The position numbers and the translations under genes are program-made. Below are positions 9,527 to 19,200 of a stretch of 34,497 nucleotides of DNA, piece by piece (position 1 is the stretch's first letter; each line of letters opens with the position of its first letter). The DNA is taken from positions 1-34,497 of the IMG/VR virus record IMGVR_UViG_3300020403_002101; one strand, 5' to 3'. The notes under the pieces are model-generated. The model ran no database searches. It worked only from the letters and a program-made list of their open reading frames with translations, and was not told where the DNA came from. The stretch comes from a virus (Duplodnaviria; Caudoviricetes).

Positions 9527-10371
9527 TGGACGCTATATTTACCTGGAAAAATTTAAGTACTGCAAAGGAGTTGCAAAGTACATTTTTTTGGCATTACGCT
9601 AAAATTAGTGTACAAACTGCTTCTAAATATCATAAAACTATTTTATATACTGATACGAAAGGGGCAAAACAGTTTAAAAATAATGGAATAGGATTTGATG
9701 AAGTAGTAATCTTAAAAGAGATAGAAGATATAACAGGTAGTTTAATTTGTATACCTAAAATATACACTATGCTTCAAAGAACTGAACCTTACGTTCATTT
9801 AGACTTTGATATCTTTACAAATAGAGAATACCATACATATGAACCAATAGCTTTTGGGTACCCCGAAGTTAATTTAAAAAAATATTTCGGTCTTACTGAA
9901 TTAAGGTATTTAAACGATAACTATCTAAATGCTTATGAAAAAGAATTTTATATGTACTTCGATGGTAAAAACTGGGATTGGAGATTAATACCTAATTTTG
10001 GCGTCTTTATAGTTAATAATCCTTCTTTAGTTAAAGATATATTTTCTAGAATATTAAAAAAGATAGAAAGATTCGAACCAAGTTCTAGTACTAAACATGA
10101 ATATGCTTCATTTATAGAGCAATTTTTATTTATGCGGTATGTTGAAGAGTTTGATATAGATTATGAATTTATATACGATAAGTCACCTTTTACGTTTAAA
10201 GATAGCAATTTCGTGTATGTAAAAGATAAAATGATTAATGTAAGTTATAAATCAGGTATAAGTACGCATTTGAATACTTTAAAGTTTGCACACTTTCATG
10301 GTTATAGAAAATTTCCTACATTTAGCAATACGATAATTAAAAAATTAATAACAAAAGAAAACCCAATATAA
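9526..10371 (+). CDS. DxD-motif GT-A-like protein, DUF6734-like
   Basis: ILYTD..G, PKIYTMLQRTEPYVHLDFDIF, PNFGVF and FIEQF match, from memory, the DUF6734 / nucleotide-sugar transferase-like pattern. Confidence 0.6.
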   Translation: MDAIFTWKNLSTAKELQSTFFWHYAKISVQTASKYHKTILYTDTKGAKQFKNNGIGFDEVVILKEIEDITGSLICIPKIYTMLQRTEPYVHLDFDIFTNREYHTYEPIAFGYPEVNLKKYFGLTELRYLNDNYLNAYEKEFYMYFDGKNWDWRLIPNFGVFIVNNPSLVKDIFSRILKKIERFEPSSSTKHEYASFIEQFLFMRYVEEFDIDYEFIYDKSPFTFKDSNFVYVKDKMINVSYKSGISTHLNTLKFAHFHGYRKFPTFSNTIIKKLITKENPI

Positions 10372-10372
10372 A

Positions 10373-10645
10373 ATGGCAAAAAAAGAAGAACAAAAAAAAT
10401 CAATACCTTTAGAAGAGCAAGAGATTACCAATCTACAGATTATACAGAACCGTAAGACTGCTTTAAGAAATGAATTAGCTGAAATAGGTTTAGCTGAATT
10501 AGCTTTAGAGAACAGAAAAGATAGCGCCAAGCTATTTAATAATAAGACCATCGAGATGGGATCTCAAGTAGGTAAGGCACTAGAGGAAAAGTACGGTAAA
10601 GGAATGCTTGATCTTGACAAAAAAGTTTTCGTCCCACAGGATTAG
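10373..10645 (+). CDS. Small coiled-coil hypothetical protein upstream of the tail sheath
   Basis: 90 aa, helical heptad pattern, ends LEEKYGKGMLDLDKKVFVP; A-rich start context. Confidence 0.7.
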   Translation: MAKKEEQKKSIPLEEQEITNLQIIQNRKTALRNELAEIGLAELALENRKDSAKLFNNKTIEMGSQVGKALEEKYGKGMLDLDKKVFVPQD

Positions 10646-10721
10646 GTTTACGCTAAATTTACTCTATTTATTATTGTACCCTAAACGTAAATATAGATTA
10701 GTGTTTTAGGTATAATGACGA

Positions 10722-10729
10722 TATTTATA
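10722..10729 (+). promoter_or_regulatory. TATTTATA motif, candidate late promoter of the sheath gene
   Basis: Intergenic, about 30 nt before ATG 10759. The same motif precedes several other structural genes. Confidence 0.55.
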
Positions 10730-10758
10730 AGAGTACTCAATAATATAATTTTCAAAAC

Positions 10759-12525
10759 ATGGCAGAAACATTAATTTCCCCAGGCGTACTAGCGAGAGAA
10801 AATGACATTTCTTTTATCGCACCAGCAGCTATTGAAGCAGGGGCAGCGATTATAGGACCTACTGTAAAAGGACCTGTTGAAGAGCCAGTAAAAGTAACTT
10901 CATACGGACAGTATCAAAATATATTTGGTACAGTATTTACTTCTGGATCTACAAAACAAGAATTTCTTACTTCTATCGCTGTTAAATCTTACTTTAACCA
11001 AGGTGGTAATTCAATGCTTGTAACAAGAGTTGTTACAGGATCTTTTGGAGTTGCTAGTAACTCTACAATCTCAGCAGCAGATTCAGGTACAGCACCATTC
11101 ACATTAGCTACTTTAGGTAAAGGAGCAATCTTTAATAACATCACAGGATCTACTTACAATGAAGTAGGATATGACGAAAATAGTGATGGTTCTTTAGTAT
11201 CAGGTTCTTCTGATAACTTAAGATGGGAGATTGTTAATCAAGATACTGCAGCTGGAACATTCGGTCTATTAATTAGACGTGGGGATGATAACTCAAAGAA
11301 CAAAATTATCTTAGAAACTTGGAACGATTTATCATTAGATCCAAATTCTGAGAACTATATCGAATCTGTTATCGGTAATCAAAGCAAGTCAAAAGCTGTA
11401 GATAACGGACAGTATTACATTACAACTACTGGTGAATATGTAAACAGATCTAAATACATTAGAGTATCTGGTGTAGCAAGACAAACATTAGACTATGTAG
11501 GTAATGATGGATTAACAGTTGGTACTGACGAATCAGGAAATTCATTCTCTGGATCTCTTCCAAGTAACCAATCAGGTTCATTCCACGGAGGTACTGGTAA
11601 TAATGTAGTAGGTGGAAGCACGAGAGACAAATACTTCGGTGACATTAACGGAACAGATACACAAGGTTTAACAGGAGCTTGTTATGCAGATGCAATTTCA
11701 ATCTTAGGAAATCAAGACGAGTACGTTTTTAATATAATTTCTGCCCCAGGATTGATTTATGAATTTGGAGATCACAAGACTCAATTAGACTCAATTATCT
11801 CTACAGCTGAAAGTAGAGGAGATTGTATCGCTGTTATTGATGTACAGAATTATGGCGCAACAGTAGCTAACGTAACAGGAACTGCAGCAACATTAAACAG
11901 TTCTTATACTGCTACTTACTGGCCATGGTTACAAACTTTATCATCTAATGGAAAAACAGTATGGATCCCAGCATCAGTAATTATACCAGGAGTATATGCA
12001 TTTACTGATAGTGCAGCAGCACCATGGTTCGCTCCAGCTGGTTTAACTAGAGGTGGTTTAGGAGATGTAATTCAAGCAGAAAGAAAACTTACAAGATCTC
12101 AAAGAGATACTTTATACAACGCAAATGTTAACCCAATTGCAACATTCCCAGGAAGTGGAATCTCAGTATTTGGTCAGAAAACATTGCAAAAGAAAAAATC
12201 TGCTCTAGACAGAGTAAATGTTAGAAGATTGTTAATTGATCTTAAGAAATTCTTAGGAGATACAGCTAAGCAATTAGTATTCGAACAAAATACTATCGCA
12301 ACTAGAAATAGTTTCTTAGCTACAGTTAACCCTTACTTAGAATCAGTAGTACAAAGACAAGGTCTTTATGCATACAGAGTAGTAATGGATGACAGTAACA
12401 ATACTCCTGACACAATCGATAGAAACCAATTGATTGGACAGGTATTCATTCAACCAGCTAAAACAGTTGAATTCGTAGTACTAGACTTTACAATCGAGCC
12501 AACAGGCGCAACTTTTGGAGCATAA
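10759..12525 (+). CDS. Contractile tail sheath protein (T4 gp18-like)
   Basis: N-terminal SPGVLAREND, GPTVKGP; C-terminal YWPW, PWFAPAGLTRG, LYNANVNPI, FGQKTL, LDRVNVRRLL, IQPAKTVEFVVLDF. Confidence 0.96.
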   Translation: MAETLISPGVLARENDISFIAPAAIEAGAAIIGPTVKGPVEEPVKVTSYGQYQNIFGTVFTSGSTKQEFLTSIAVKSYFNQGGNSMLVTRVVTGSFGVASNSTISAADSGTAPFTLATLGKGAIFNNITGSTYNEVGYDENSDGSLVSGSSDNLRWEIVNQDTAAGTFGLLIRRGDDNSKNKIILETWNDLSLDPNSENYIESVIGNQSKSKAVDNGQYYITTTGEYVNRSKYIRVSGVARQTLDYVGNDGLTVGTDESGNSFSGSLPSNQSGSFHGGTGNNVVGGSTRDKYFGDINGTDTQGLTGACYADAISILGNQDEYVFNIISAPGLIYEFGDHKTQLDSIISTAESRGDCIAVIDVQNYGATVANVTGTAATLNSSYTATYWPWLQTLSSNGKTVWIPASVIIPGVYAFTDSAAAPWFAPAGLTRGGLGDVIQAERKLTRSQRDTLYNANVNPIATFPGSGISVFGQKTLQKKKSALDRVNVRRLLIDLKKFLGDTAKQLVFEQNTIATRNSFLATVNPYLESVVQRQGLYAYRVVMDDSNNTPDTIDRNQLIGQVFIQPAKTVEFVVLDFTIEPTGATFGA

Positions 12526-12538
12526 TTTAATTTGTAGA

Positions 12539-12546
12539 TATTTATA
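12539..12546 (+). promoter_or_regulatory. TATTTATA motif, candidate late promoter of the tail tube gene
   Basis: Lies in the 37-nt sheath-tube gap. Confidence 0.55.
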
Positions 12547-12562
12547 ATAAAGAAAACATAAA

Positions 12563-13048
12563 ATGGCAGTACTAGATCCTAACGAAATAATGTTTAGAGC
12601 CTTTGAACCGAAGGTACAGAATAGATTTATCATGTATGTTGATGCTATTCCATCCTTCATGATCAAAAACGTAACGGCTCCTTCTTTCACTGATGAAGAA
12701 GTTAAACTAGATCATATGAATACTTACCGAAAAATCAGAGGTAAGAGAAACTGGGAAAATATGGATATGACTCTATATGATCCGATAACACCTTCTGGCG
12801 CTCAAGCGGTAATGGACTGGGCAAGACTTTCTTATGAGTCTGTAACAGGAAGAGCAGGGTATTCAGATTTCTATAAAAAGGACTTAACTTTAAACGTATT
12901 AGGACCTGTAGGTGACGTAGTAAGTGAGTGGGTAATCAAAGGTGCATTTATAGTAAATATGGCACAAGGATCATTTGATTGGGCTACTTCAGACGTTGCT
13001 GAGCTAACAATTACAGTAGCGATGGATTACTGCGTATTAAATTATTAA
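12563..13048 (+). CDS. Tail tube protein (T4 gp19-like)
   Basis: 161 aa directly after the sheath; FEPKVQNRF, GKRNWENMDMTLYDPI, YKKDLTL..LGPVGDVVSEWVIKGAF. Confidence 0.92.
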   Translation: MAVLDPNEIMFRAFEPKVQNRFIMYVDAIPSFMIKNVTAPSFTDEEVKLDHMNTYRKIRGKRNWENMDMTLYDPITPSGAQAVMDWARLSYESVTGRAGYSDFYKKDLTLNVLGPVGDVVSEWVIKGAFIVNMAQGSFDWATSDVAELTITVAMDYCVLNY

Positions 13049-13071
13049 TTAGGAATTACCGTAGGAAAAAT

Positions 13072-13098
13072 AGCTCGATTTTATCGGGCTTTTTTTTT
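13072..13098 (+). terminator. Rho-independent terminator after the tail tube gene
   Basis: AGCTCGAT-TTT-ATCGGGCT stem (one G-U pair) followed by a run of 8 further T. Confidence 0.85.
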
Positions 13099-13106
13099 AG
13101 TTATAT

Positions 13107-13853
13107 ATGAAATTAGTTTGGACTTATAGTGATAGGTTTAAAAAAGGTAAACCTAATAAAAATACCGTAGCTACTCACGAATATATTCAATTTCTTTTTA
13201 GAAAAGCAATTAAAGAAGCTCCTTCTTCTTATCAAAAAGTAGTATTTACTGATGACTACAACTTTTCTCTCTTTAAAGACCTAGACGTAGAATTAATCCC
13301 AGCACCAAAAAAAGACTTTATATTTTTAGATGACTTAAAATTTGATGCTGCTGAAATAATAGATGGAGAGTTTATTATATCTGACGGAGATCTTTTTATA
13401 AAAGAAGAATTATTTATTCCTTCAAATTATAAAGTAGGTTTTGAGGTAAAGGTGGACTGTAAACCTTGTTTAGATTCTAAAATATTAATGCAAAAAGAAG
13501 GTATAGGTGATATATTACCGTATTGGAAAGGTAACAATAGTTTTATTAATAATTTAGGATTAATGTACTTTAATGATAATACCTTAAAAAAAGATATTAT
13601 TAAGGAATATAGAAATACTCAAACTTTTTTTGCAAAATTTATAGATAGTCAATATAAAATTAACGAAAGAGATGTATTATTTGGCGGGATAGGATGCTGT
13701 ATGTTCTTATACCAATACCTAAGTAGTAGAAAAATACCTACATTTTATTTTATAGATAATAATTTTGGTAAATATGATCATTTAGGAGCTCCTAGAAAGT
13801 TGGAATTCTTAGATGAATTTCATAAATTAAATGGAGGACCTCCTTTAATATGA
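13107..13853 (+). CDS. DxD-motif GT-A-like protein, DUF6734-like; distant paralog of 9526..10371
   Basis: MKLVWTY, KVVFTD, LKF..GEFIISDGDLFI, NNLGLM and YDHLG follow the same motif order as 9526..10371. Confidence 0.55.
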   Translation: MKLVWTYSDRFKKGKPNKNTVATHEYIQFLFRKAIKEAPSSYQKVVFTDDYNFSLFKDLDVELIPAPKKDFIFLDDLKFDAAEIIDGEFIISDGDLFIKEELFIPSNYKVGFEVKVDCKPCLDSKILMQKEGIGDILPYWKGNNSFINNLGLMYFNDNTLKKDIIKEYRNTQTFFAKFIDSQYKINERDVLFGGIGCCMFLYQYLSSRKIPTFYFIDNNFGKYDHLGAPRKLEFLDEFHKLNGGPPLI

Positions 13854-14545
13854 AAGAAGTTACAGTTGTATTAACGAGTTGTGGTAGATTAGATTTGTTA
13901 TCTAAAACTATAAAGAGTTTTAATAAGTATAATACTTACCCTATATCTAAATTTATTATAGTAGATGATAGTGGGGATGAGTCTATTCATGAACAAGCAG
14001 ATAAATTACTTCCAGCCTTACTCGAACAATATGATCACTTTGTTATATTCAATAATAAAAGACAAGGTCAGATAAAGAGCATAGATGATGCTTACAGTTT
14101 AGTAAAAACACCGTATATATTTCATTTAGAAGACGACTGGGAGTTCTATAAACATTCATTTATAGAGCATTCATTTAAACTAATGGATGAGAATTCTAAA
14201 TTAATAACTGTTTGGTTAAGAGAATTAGACGATACTATGGATAATCCAATTGAGGGCGAGTGTCATTCTAATGGTAATTTAAAATACTATTATGTTAAAA
14301 ATAACAAAGGTTGGTCTGGTTTTTGCTTTAACCCAGGACTAAGAAGATATAGTGATTATAAAACTATTGCGCCTTTTAAAAATGTTGTACCTAAACATTT
14401 AGTAGATATACCTAAATCAGTTATGGAAGCAGAATTAGCTATAAGTAAAAAATATGGTGAGTTAGGATTCAAAGCTGCTATTTTTGATGAAGGATACGTA
14501 AAACATATCGGATGGGCAAATACAACTAAAGAATCATTATTCTAA
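13850..14545 (+). CDS. Family 2 glycosyltransferase
   Basis: VTVVLTSCGRLDLLSKTIKSF, IIVDDSG, YIFHLEDDWEF, YVKHIG. Confidence 0.88.
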   Translation: MKEVTVVLTSCGRLDLLSKTIKSFNKYNTYPISKFIIVDDSGDESIHEQADKLLPALLEQYDHFVIFNNKRQGQIKSIDDAYSLVKTPYIFHLEDDWEFYKHSFIEHSFKLMDENSKLITVWLRELDDTMDNPIEGECHSNGNLKYYYVKNNKGWSGFCFNPGLRRYSDYKTIAPFKNVVPKHLVDIPKSVMEAELAISKKYGELGFKAAIFDEGYVKHIGWANTTKESLF

Positions 14546-15174
14546 TGAACAATATAAAATATAAACATACTACTGAACTTCATAATCTTGAATCTCCAAG
14601 TGTAGTAGTACCAATTATTAATTCTTTATTAGAACCTAAAAGTGTAGTAGATTTTGGATGCGGTTTAGGAACATGGTTAAAAGTTTTTAAAGACTCAGGA
14701 ATAGATAACCTATTAGGTTTAGATGGAGATTGGATAGATAGATCAAAATTTGAAGCATCTGTAATAGGTAGTTTTAAAGAAGTAGATTTAGAAAAAGAAA
14801 TTAAACTTGAAAAAAAATATGATTTAGCAATATCTTTAGAAGTTGCAGAACATTTACATAAAGACTCAGCAAGTATATTTGTAGAAAATTTAATAAATGC
14901 ATCAGATATAGTTGTATTTTCAGCAGCAGTACCTATGCAGGGAGGGCAGAATCATATTAATGAACAACCTTTAACATACTGGATTAACTTATTTAATGAG
15001 TATGGTTATAAATTTAATGATATTATACGAGGTAGAATATGGAATATGGAAAAAGTATTCTGGTGGTATAAGCAAAATATGGTAGTATTTTCAAAACATG
15101 ATTTAAATATTACTCCTATATATCCAATAAATATATTACACCCAGAATCTAGACCTAAAAAAACAATAATATAG
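14545..15174 (+). CDS. Class I SAM-dependent methyltransferase
   Basis: VVDFGCGLGTWL, YDLAISLEVAEHL, FSAAVPMQGGQNHINEQ; a type commonly seen in polysaccharide loci. Confidence 0.9.
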   Translation: MNNIKYKHTTELHNLESPSVVVPIINSLLEPKSVVDFGCGLGTWLKVFKDSGIDNLLGLDGDWIDRSKFEASVIGSFKEVDLEKEIKLEKKYDLAISLEVAEHLHKDSASIFVENLINASDIVVFSAAVPMQGGQNHINEQPLTYWINLFNEYGYKFNDIIRGRIWNMEKVFWWYKQNMVVFSKHDLNITPIYPINILHPESRPKKTII

Positions 15175-15207
15175 TTGGTTCCAAAGTTTTTTCTTCGTAT
15201 ATTTATT
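15175..15207 (+). promoter_or_regulatory. TTG-N20-TATATT promoter overlapping a TATTTATT motif
   Basis: TTG 15175-15177, TATATTT from 15198; upstream of ATG 15237. Confidence 0.6.
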
Positions 15208-15236
15208 ATTAGAACTAGTTTTAACTTAATAAGTAT

Positions 15237-15980
15237 ATGGAAAAATCAAACAAATTTCCTAGCGAAATTGTAGAATTACCTTCAAAAGGCTTATTGTATT
15301 CAGAAGATTCACCTCTAAGATCCGGAAAAATAGAGATGAAATACATGACTGCAAAAGAAGAAGATATTCTAACAAATCAAAATTACATTGAAAGAGGAGT
15401 AGTAATAGATAAACTATTACAAGCTCTAATTGTAGACAAGGACATTAACTACAATGACCTTCTTATAGGGGATAAAAATGCTCTCCTTGTGGCTGCAAGA
15501 GTTTTAGGTTACGGTAAGGATTATGAATTCAATTACGGTGATACTAAAGAAGTTATAGATCTTTCTAAATTAGATAATAAAGAGGTAGACTATAAAACTC
15601 TTACAGGCGGTAAAAATGAATTTAATTTTACATTACCTACTACAGGTGATGAACTTACATTTAAACTTCTTACACATGGTGATGAGTCTAAGATACAAAG
15701 AGAAATAACTGGACTTAGAAAAGTAAATAAAGATGCATCACCTGATTTATCTACAAGATTAAAGTATATGATTATCGCAGTAAACGGTAATGGAGATACT
15801 AAAACTATTAGAGAATTTGTAGATAATCAATTCCTAGCAAGAGATTCTAGAGAATTTAGAAAACATGTTGAGAAGATCTCCCCAGACGTAGATATGACAT
15901 TCTACCCTGAGAACGGTCCAGAGGAGGGGGTGACTATACCCATTGGGGTTACCTTTCTTTGGCCTGACGCAGCAATATAG
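15237..15980 (+). CDS. Baseplate hub / tail assembly chaperone (T4 gp26-like)
   Basis: VELPSKG..Y, MKYMTAKEEDIL, LLIGDKNALLVAARVLGYG, FTLP..LTFKLLTHGDE; lies between tube and tape measure. Confidence 0.8.
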   Translation: MEKSNKFPSEIVELPSKGLLYSEDSPLRSGKIEMKYMTAKEEDILTNQNYIERGVVIDKLLQALIVDKDINYNDLLIGDKNALLVAARVLGYGKDYEFNYGDTKEVIDLSKLDNKEVDYKTLTGGKNEFNFTLPTTGDELTFKLLTHGDESKIQREITGLRKVNKDASPDLSTRLKYMIIAVNGNGDTKTIREFVDNQFLARDSREFRKHVEKISPDVDMTFYPENGPEEGVTIPIGVTFLWPDAAI

Positions 15981-16209
15981 GGTTAATCTGTTTACACAGA
16001 TTCATGAGATAGTATTTCATGGGAAAGGCGGATATGACTACGATACCGTCTATGGAATGCCGATTTGGTTACGTAATTTTACATTTAAAAAAATGCAAGA
16101 ACATTACGAAGAAGAGGCAAAACAGTATAAAAAAGGTACACCTTCTAAGTCGATGCCTAAGGGTCCGGCTATTAGGAAACCTTCTTACACAACAAAGGCT
16201 CGCAAATAG
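15943..16209 (+). CDS. Second tail chaperone segment (T4 gp51-like); probably reached by a +1 frameshift from the upstream gene
   Basis: LFTQIHEIVFHG.GGY....VYGMPIWLRNFTFKKM resembles gp51-type segments. It overlaps the upstream ORF in the +1 frame and has no ATG until 16057. Confidence 0.65.
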   Translation: MGLPFFGLTQQYRVNLFTQIHEIVFHGKGGYDYDTVYGMPIWLRNFTFKKMQEHYEEEAKQYKKGTPSKSMPKGPAIRKPSYTTKARK

Positions 16210-16217
16210 CGGGCCTT
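16195..16217 (+). other. GC-rich hairpin over the stop codon of the gp51-like ORF (weak terminator or processing/stability hairpin)
   Basis: AAGGCTCGC-AAATA-GCGGGCCTT, with no strong U-tract. Confidence 0.5.
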
Positions 16218-16220
16218 AAC

Positions 16221-16228
16221 TATTTATA
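16221..16228 (+). promoter_or_regulatory. TATTTATA motif before the tape measure gene
   Basis: Intergenic, 18 nt before GTG 16247. Confidence 0.55.
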
Positions 16229-16246
16229 TATAGATAATACCATACT

Positions 16247-19200
16247 GTGGACGAACAATTAAAGAATTTGATAGCGCAGCTTAAGGCTGCAGGTGTAGAT
16301 ACTAGAGCTTTTCAGAAAGCTTTTGATGATACTACTAGAACCATCGGAGATAGTGAAAAATTACTTCAAACGATGCTATCTACTCTACGTGGTGTTCAAG
16401 CAAATGCACGAGGATTAAGCGGTGAGTTCGGTGACATTAGAGATAATTTAGCAGCAGCTTTAGCAGAATTAACAAAAAAGAATGCCGCAGTTAACAAAGC
16501 AGTAAGAAGTTATAGAGGCTTAACTGGGATTGTAGAGCAACTAGCTCAAGAAGAAGAAGGTGTTATAACATTAGGAACTAAACAACTTGATGTTTTAAAG
16601 TCTAAAAGTAGCATATACCTACAAGAGATGCAGCTTAACGCTAGAAGACTTATACAAGAAAAAGCAGCTTTAGGTTTACAAATAACAGCTAATGGATTAA
16701 TAGATAGGAGAACAGAAGCTTACAAAAACTTATCTGAAAAAGAAAAGGCATTATTAGCAGCTTATGAAGATGGATTCAGCCAAGAAAAAAGAGCATTAAA
16801 AGCTATTGAGCAAAGAGCAGAAAAAGAAAAGCTAGTACAGCAGGAACTAGGATTAACAGGAGTAGCTGTTGGAGGTTTAGCAACTGTGCTCGGTAAGTTA
16901 GGATTAGATGGATTAAGTGAAGACTTTGATGAAATCAAGAAAAAACTTGCATTAGATTTTAGAAAAGAATTAGAATCTACTAAAGAGGAAGTAGTTTCTA
17001 TAGGAGCCAAAGGAACTGAAGAAGCTGTTAAAACATACAAAGAAAATCAAAAGATAATAGGTCAGAATCAAGAAAGAATTGACCAACTTCAAGAAAAAGG
17101 TAAACTTACTAACGAAGAAAAAGAAGAATTAACACAACTTTCAGCTGAAACTGATCGAATAACAGCTGCAAATGAGGAACTTATAGATTCTCAAAAAGTA
17201 AGCCTTGATATTACATACCAGCATATAGGAGTAGCTAAAAAGATGGGTATGGCATTAAGTGCAGCAGGTCAAATGGCTAAAGCTGCGTTTGATAAAGTTG
17301 CTGACCCAGCAGTAGTATTATCATTTATTGGCAATGCACTTTTAAAAGGTAACTCTCAAGCTGTTAAACTTCAAAAAGAATTAACTATAAGTGCTGGAGC
17401 GGCAAGAGAATTAAGAACTGAACTAGCAGGAGCAGCAATTGCTTCAGGTTCTAATTTTATTACAACTGAGAAACTTGTTAAGAGTTTCGTAGAAATGTCT
17501 AAATATATTGGACAATCAGCTCATGCATTAGGAGGTGAAGCATTAAAGAGTGCTACTTACCTTACTGAAAAAATGCATTTAAGTGCTGATGCAGCAGGAC
17601 AGTTAGTTACCTTAACTAGATTAACTGGGCGTAACACAGAAGAGACATTCAAAGGTATGGGTAAAACTTTAACTAAGTTTAACCTTACTAATAAAACTGC
17701 ATTTAGTTTAAAAGATATAATGAATGACATAGGTAATATGTCAAAAGCTACAGTCCTTACTTTAGGAAAAAGTCCTGATGCATTAGTTAAAGCAGCAGCA
17801 GCTGCTAGAAAGTTAGGAGTAAGTATGGAGCAATTAGAATCTATAGGTGAAAGCTTATTAGATTTTGAAACTTCTATTGAAAAAGAATTAGAAGCTCAAT
17901 TACTTACAGGTAATTCATTAAACTTATCAAGAGCTAGAGAATTAGCTATGATGGGTGATATGGAAGGGCTAGCTAAGGAAATAGGAAATCAAGAAGCTAT
18001 TAAAAATGCTTTTGCTACTAAAAACGTAATAGCACAAAAAGCAGCAGCAGAAGCTCTTGGAATGTCAAGAGAAGAGTTAGCTAAAATGACTTATCAGCAA
18101 GAACTTAATAATATGAGTGCTGAAGCATTTAAGGCTAAGTATGGTGAAGTAGCTTATGAATCTGCAAAAGCTCAATCAGCTCAAGATAAATTTAAAGATT
18201 TATTAGCTAAATCTCAAGATATATTAGCTAATTTATTAACTCCATTATTACCGATAGTTGAATTAGTTGGTAAACTAGCAGCCAGTCCATTAGCAGCTCC
18301 TATATTAGCAGCAGGTATTGCTATGAAGGCTTTAGGTGGTAGTGTTTCTAGTACTATAAAAGGAATGGGTTCATTAGTAGGCCAGTTCCAAAAGTTGAAA
18401 AAAACTGGATTTATAGAAAGTGCTAAACAGCAAGGTGCTGCTATTAAAGACAAAGCTCTTGGTTTAAGAGATAAAGCTAAATCTCTTTTTAAAGAAGGTA
18501 AAACTGGAGTTAAAGATAAAGTAGAAACGGTTAAGAATAAAGTTACTTCCTCAGCTAAAACATTATCTGATAAAGCTAAAAAAATGCCTAAAGATACAAA
18601 AGCAGGAACAGGAGGTTTTAAGGCTTTAACTGATGCTATATCTAAAATCGATGTTAAAAAATTATTAGCTGGAGCAGCAGCAATGGTTGTAGCAGCAGGA
18701 GCAGTATTTGTTTTTGCAAAGGCAACTCAAGAATTTATGCAGGTTAGTTGGGGTGCTGTAGGTAAAGCTATAATATCATTAGCTGCATTAGTAGGAGCGG
18801 TAGCAGCATTAGGAGTTATAATGTCTTCTGGTGTTGGAGCAGTAGCAATATTAGCAGGAGCAGGTGCAATGGTAATAATGGCCGGAGCATTATTTATTCT
18901 TGGTAAGGCTATGCAAGAAATAGGTGAAGGATTAGGTATAGTAGGTGAAAGCGTAGTTGATATAGGTTCTGCTGTATCTGGTGAAATGATAGGTAAACTA
19001 TTCTTGCTAGGACCAGCATTAATGTCAGCAGCGGCAGGAATAGCATTATTCTCGGCAGCTATGGCTGGTGGATCTATAGTTACGGGATTAACTTCATTAT
19101 TTACTGGAGGAGGAATTTTAGGCGATCTACAGTCTTTAGCTGATATGGCACAACCATTAGCTACAGTAGGTACTTCTTTAACTCTTATTGCATCTGGATT

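Noticed and set aside
1379-10645. RiPP cluster with a precursor peptide
   Set aside because: No short precursor-like ORF, RRE domain, protease or exporter is visible, and the 90-aa ORF looks like a coiled coil. A precursor left of the window cannot be excluded.
10646-10715. Possible structured RNA in the gap before the sheath gene (TTTACG/CGTAAA and CCTAAA/TTTAGG inverted matches)
   Set aside because: The stems are short and AT-rich, at the level expected by chance.
15921-15945. GAGGAGG as a Shine-Dalgarno site for TTG 15943
   Set aside because: The 15-nt spacing is too long, other genes here lack SD sites, and the sequence is explained by Glu-Glu-Gly codons.
18661-18925. 62-aa-spaced hydrophobic repeat in the tape measure protein (LAGA.AMV..AGA.F...KA.QE)
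   Set aside because: The repeat is real but ordinary for tape measure proteins.
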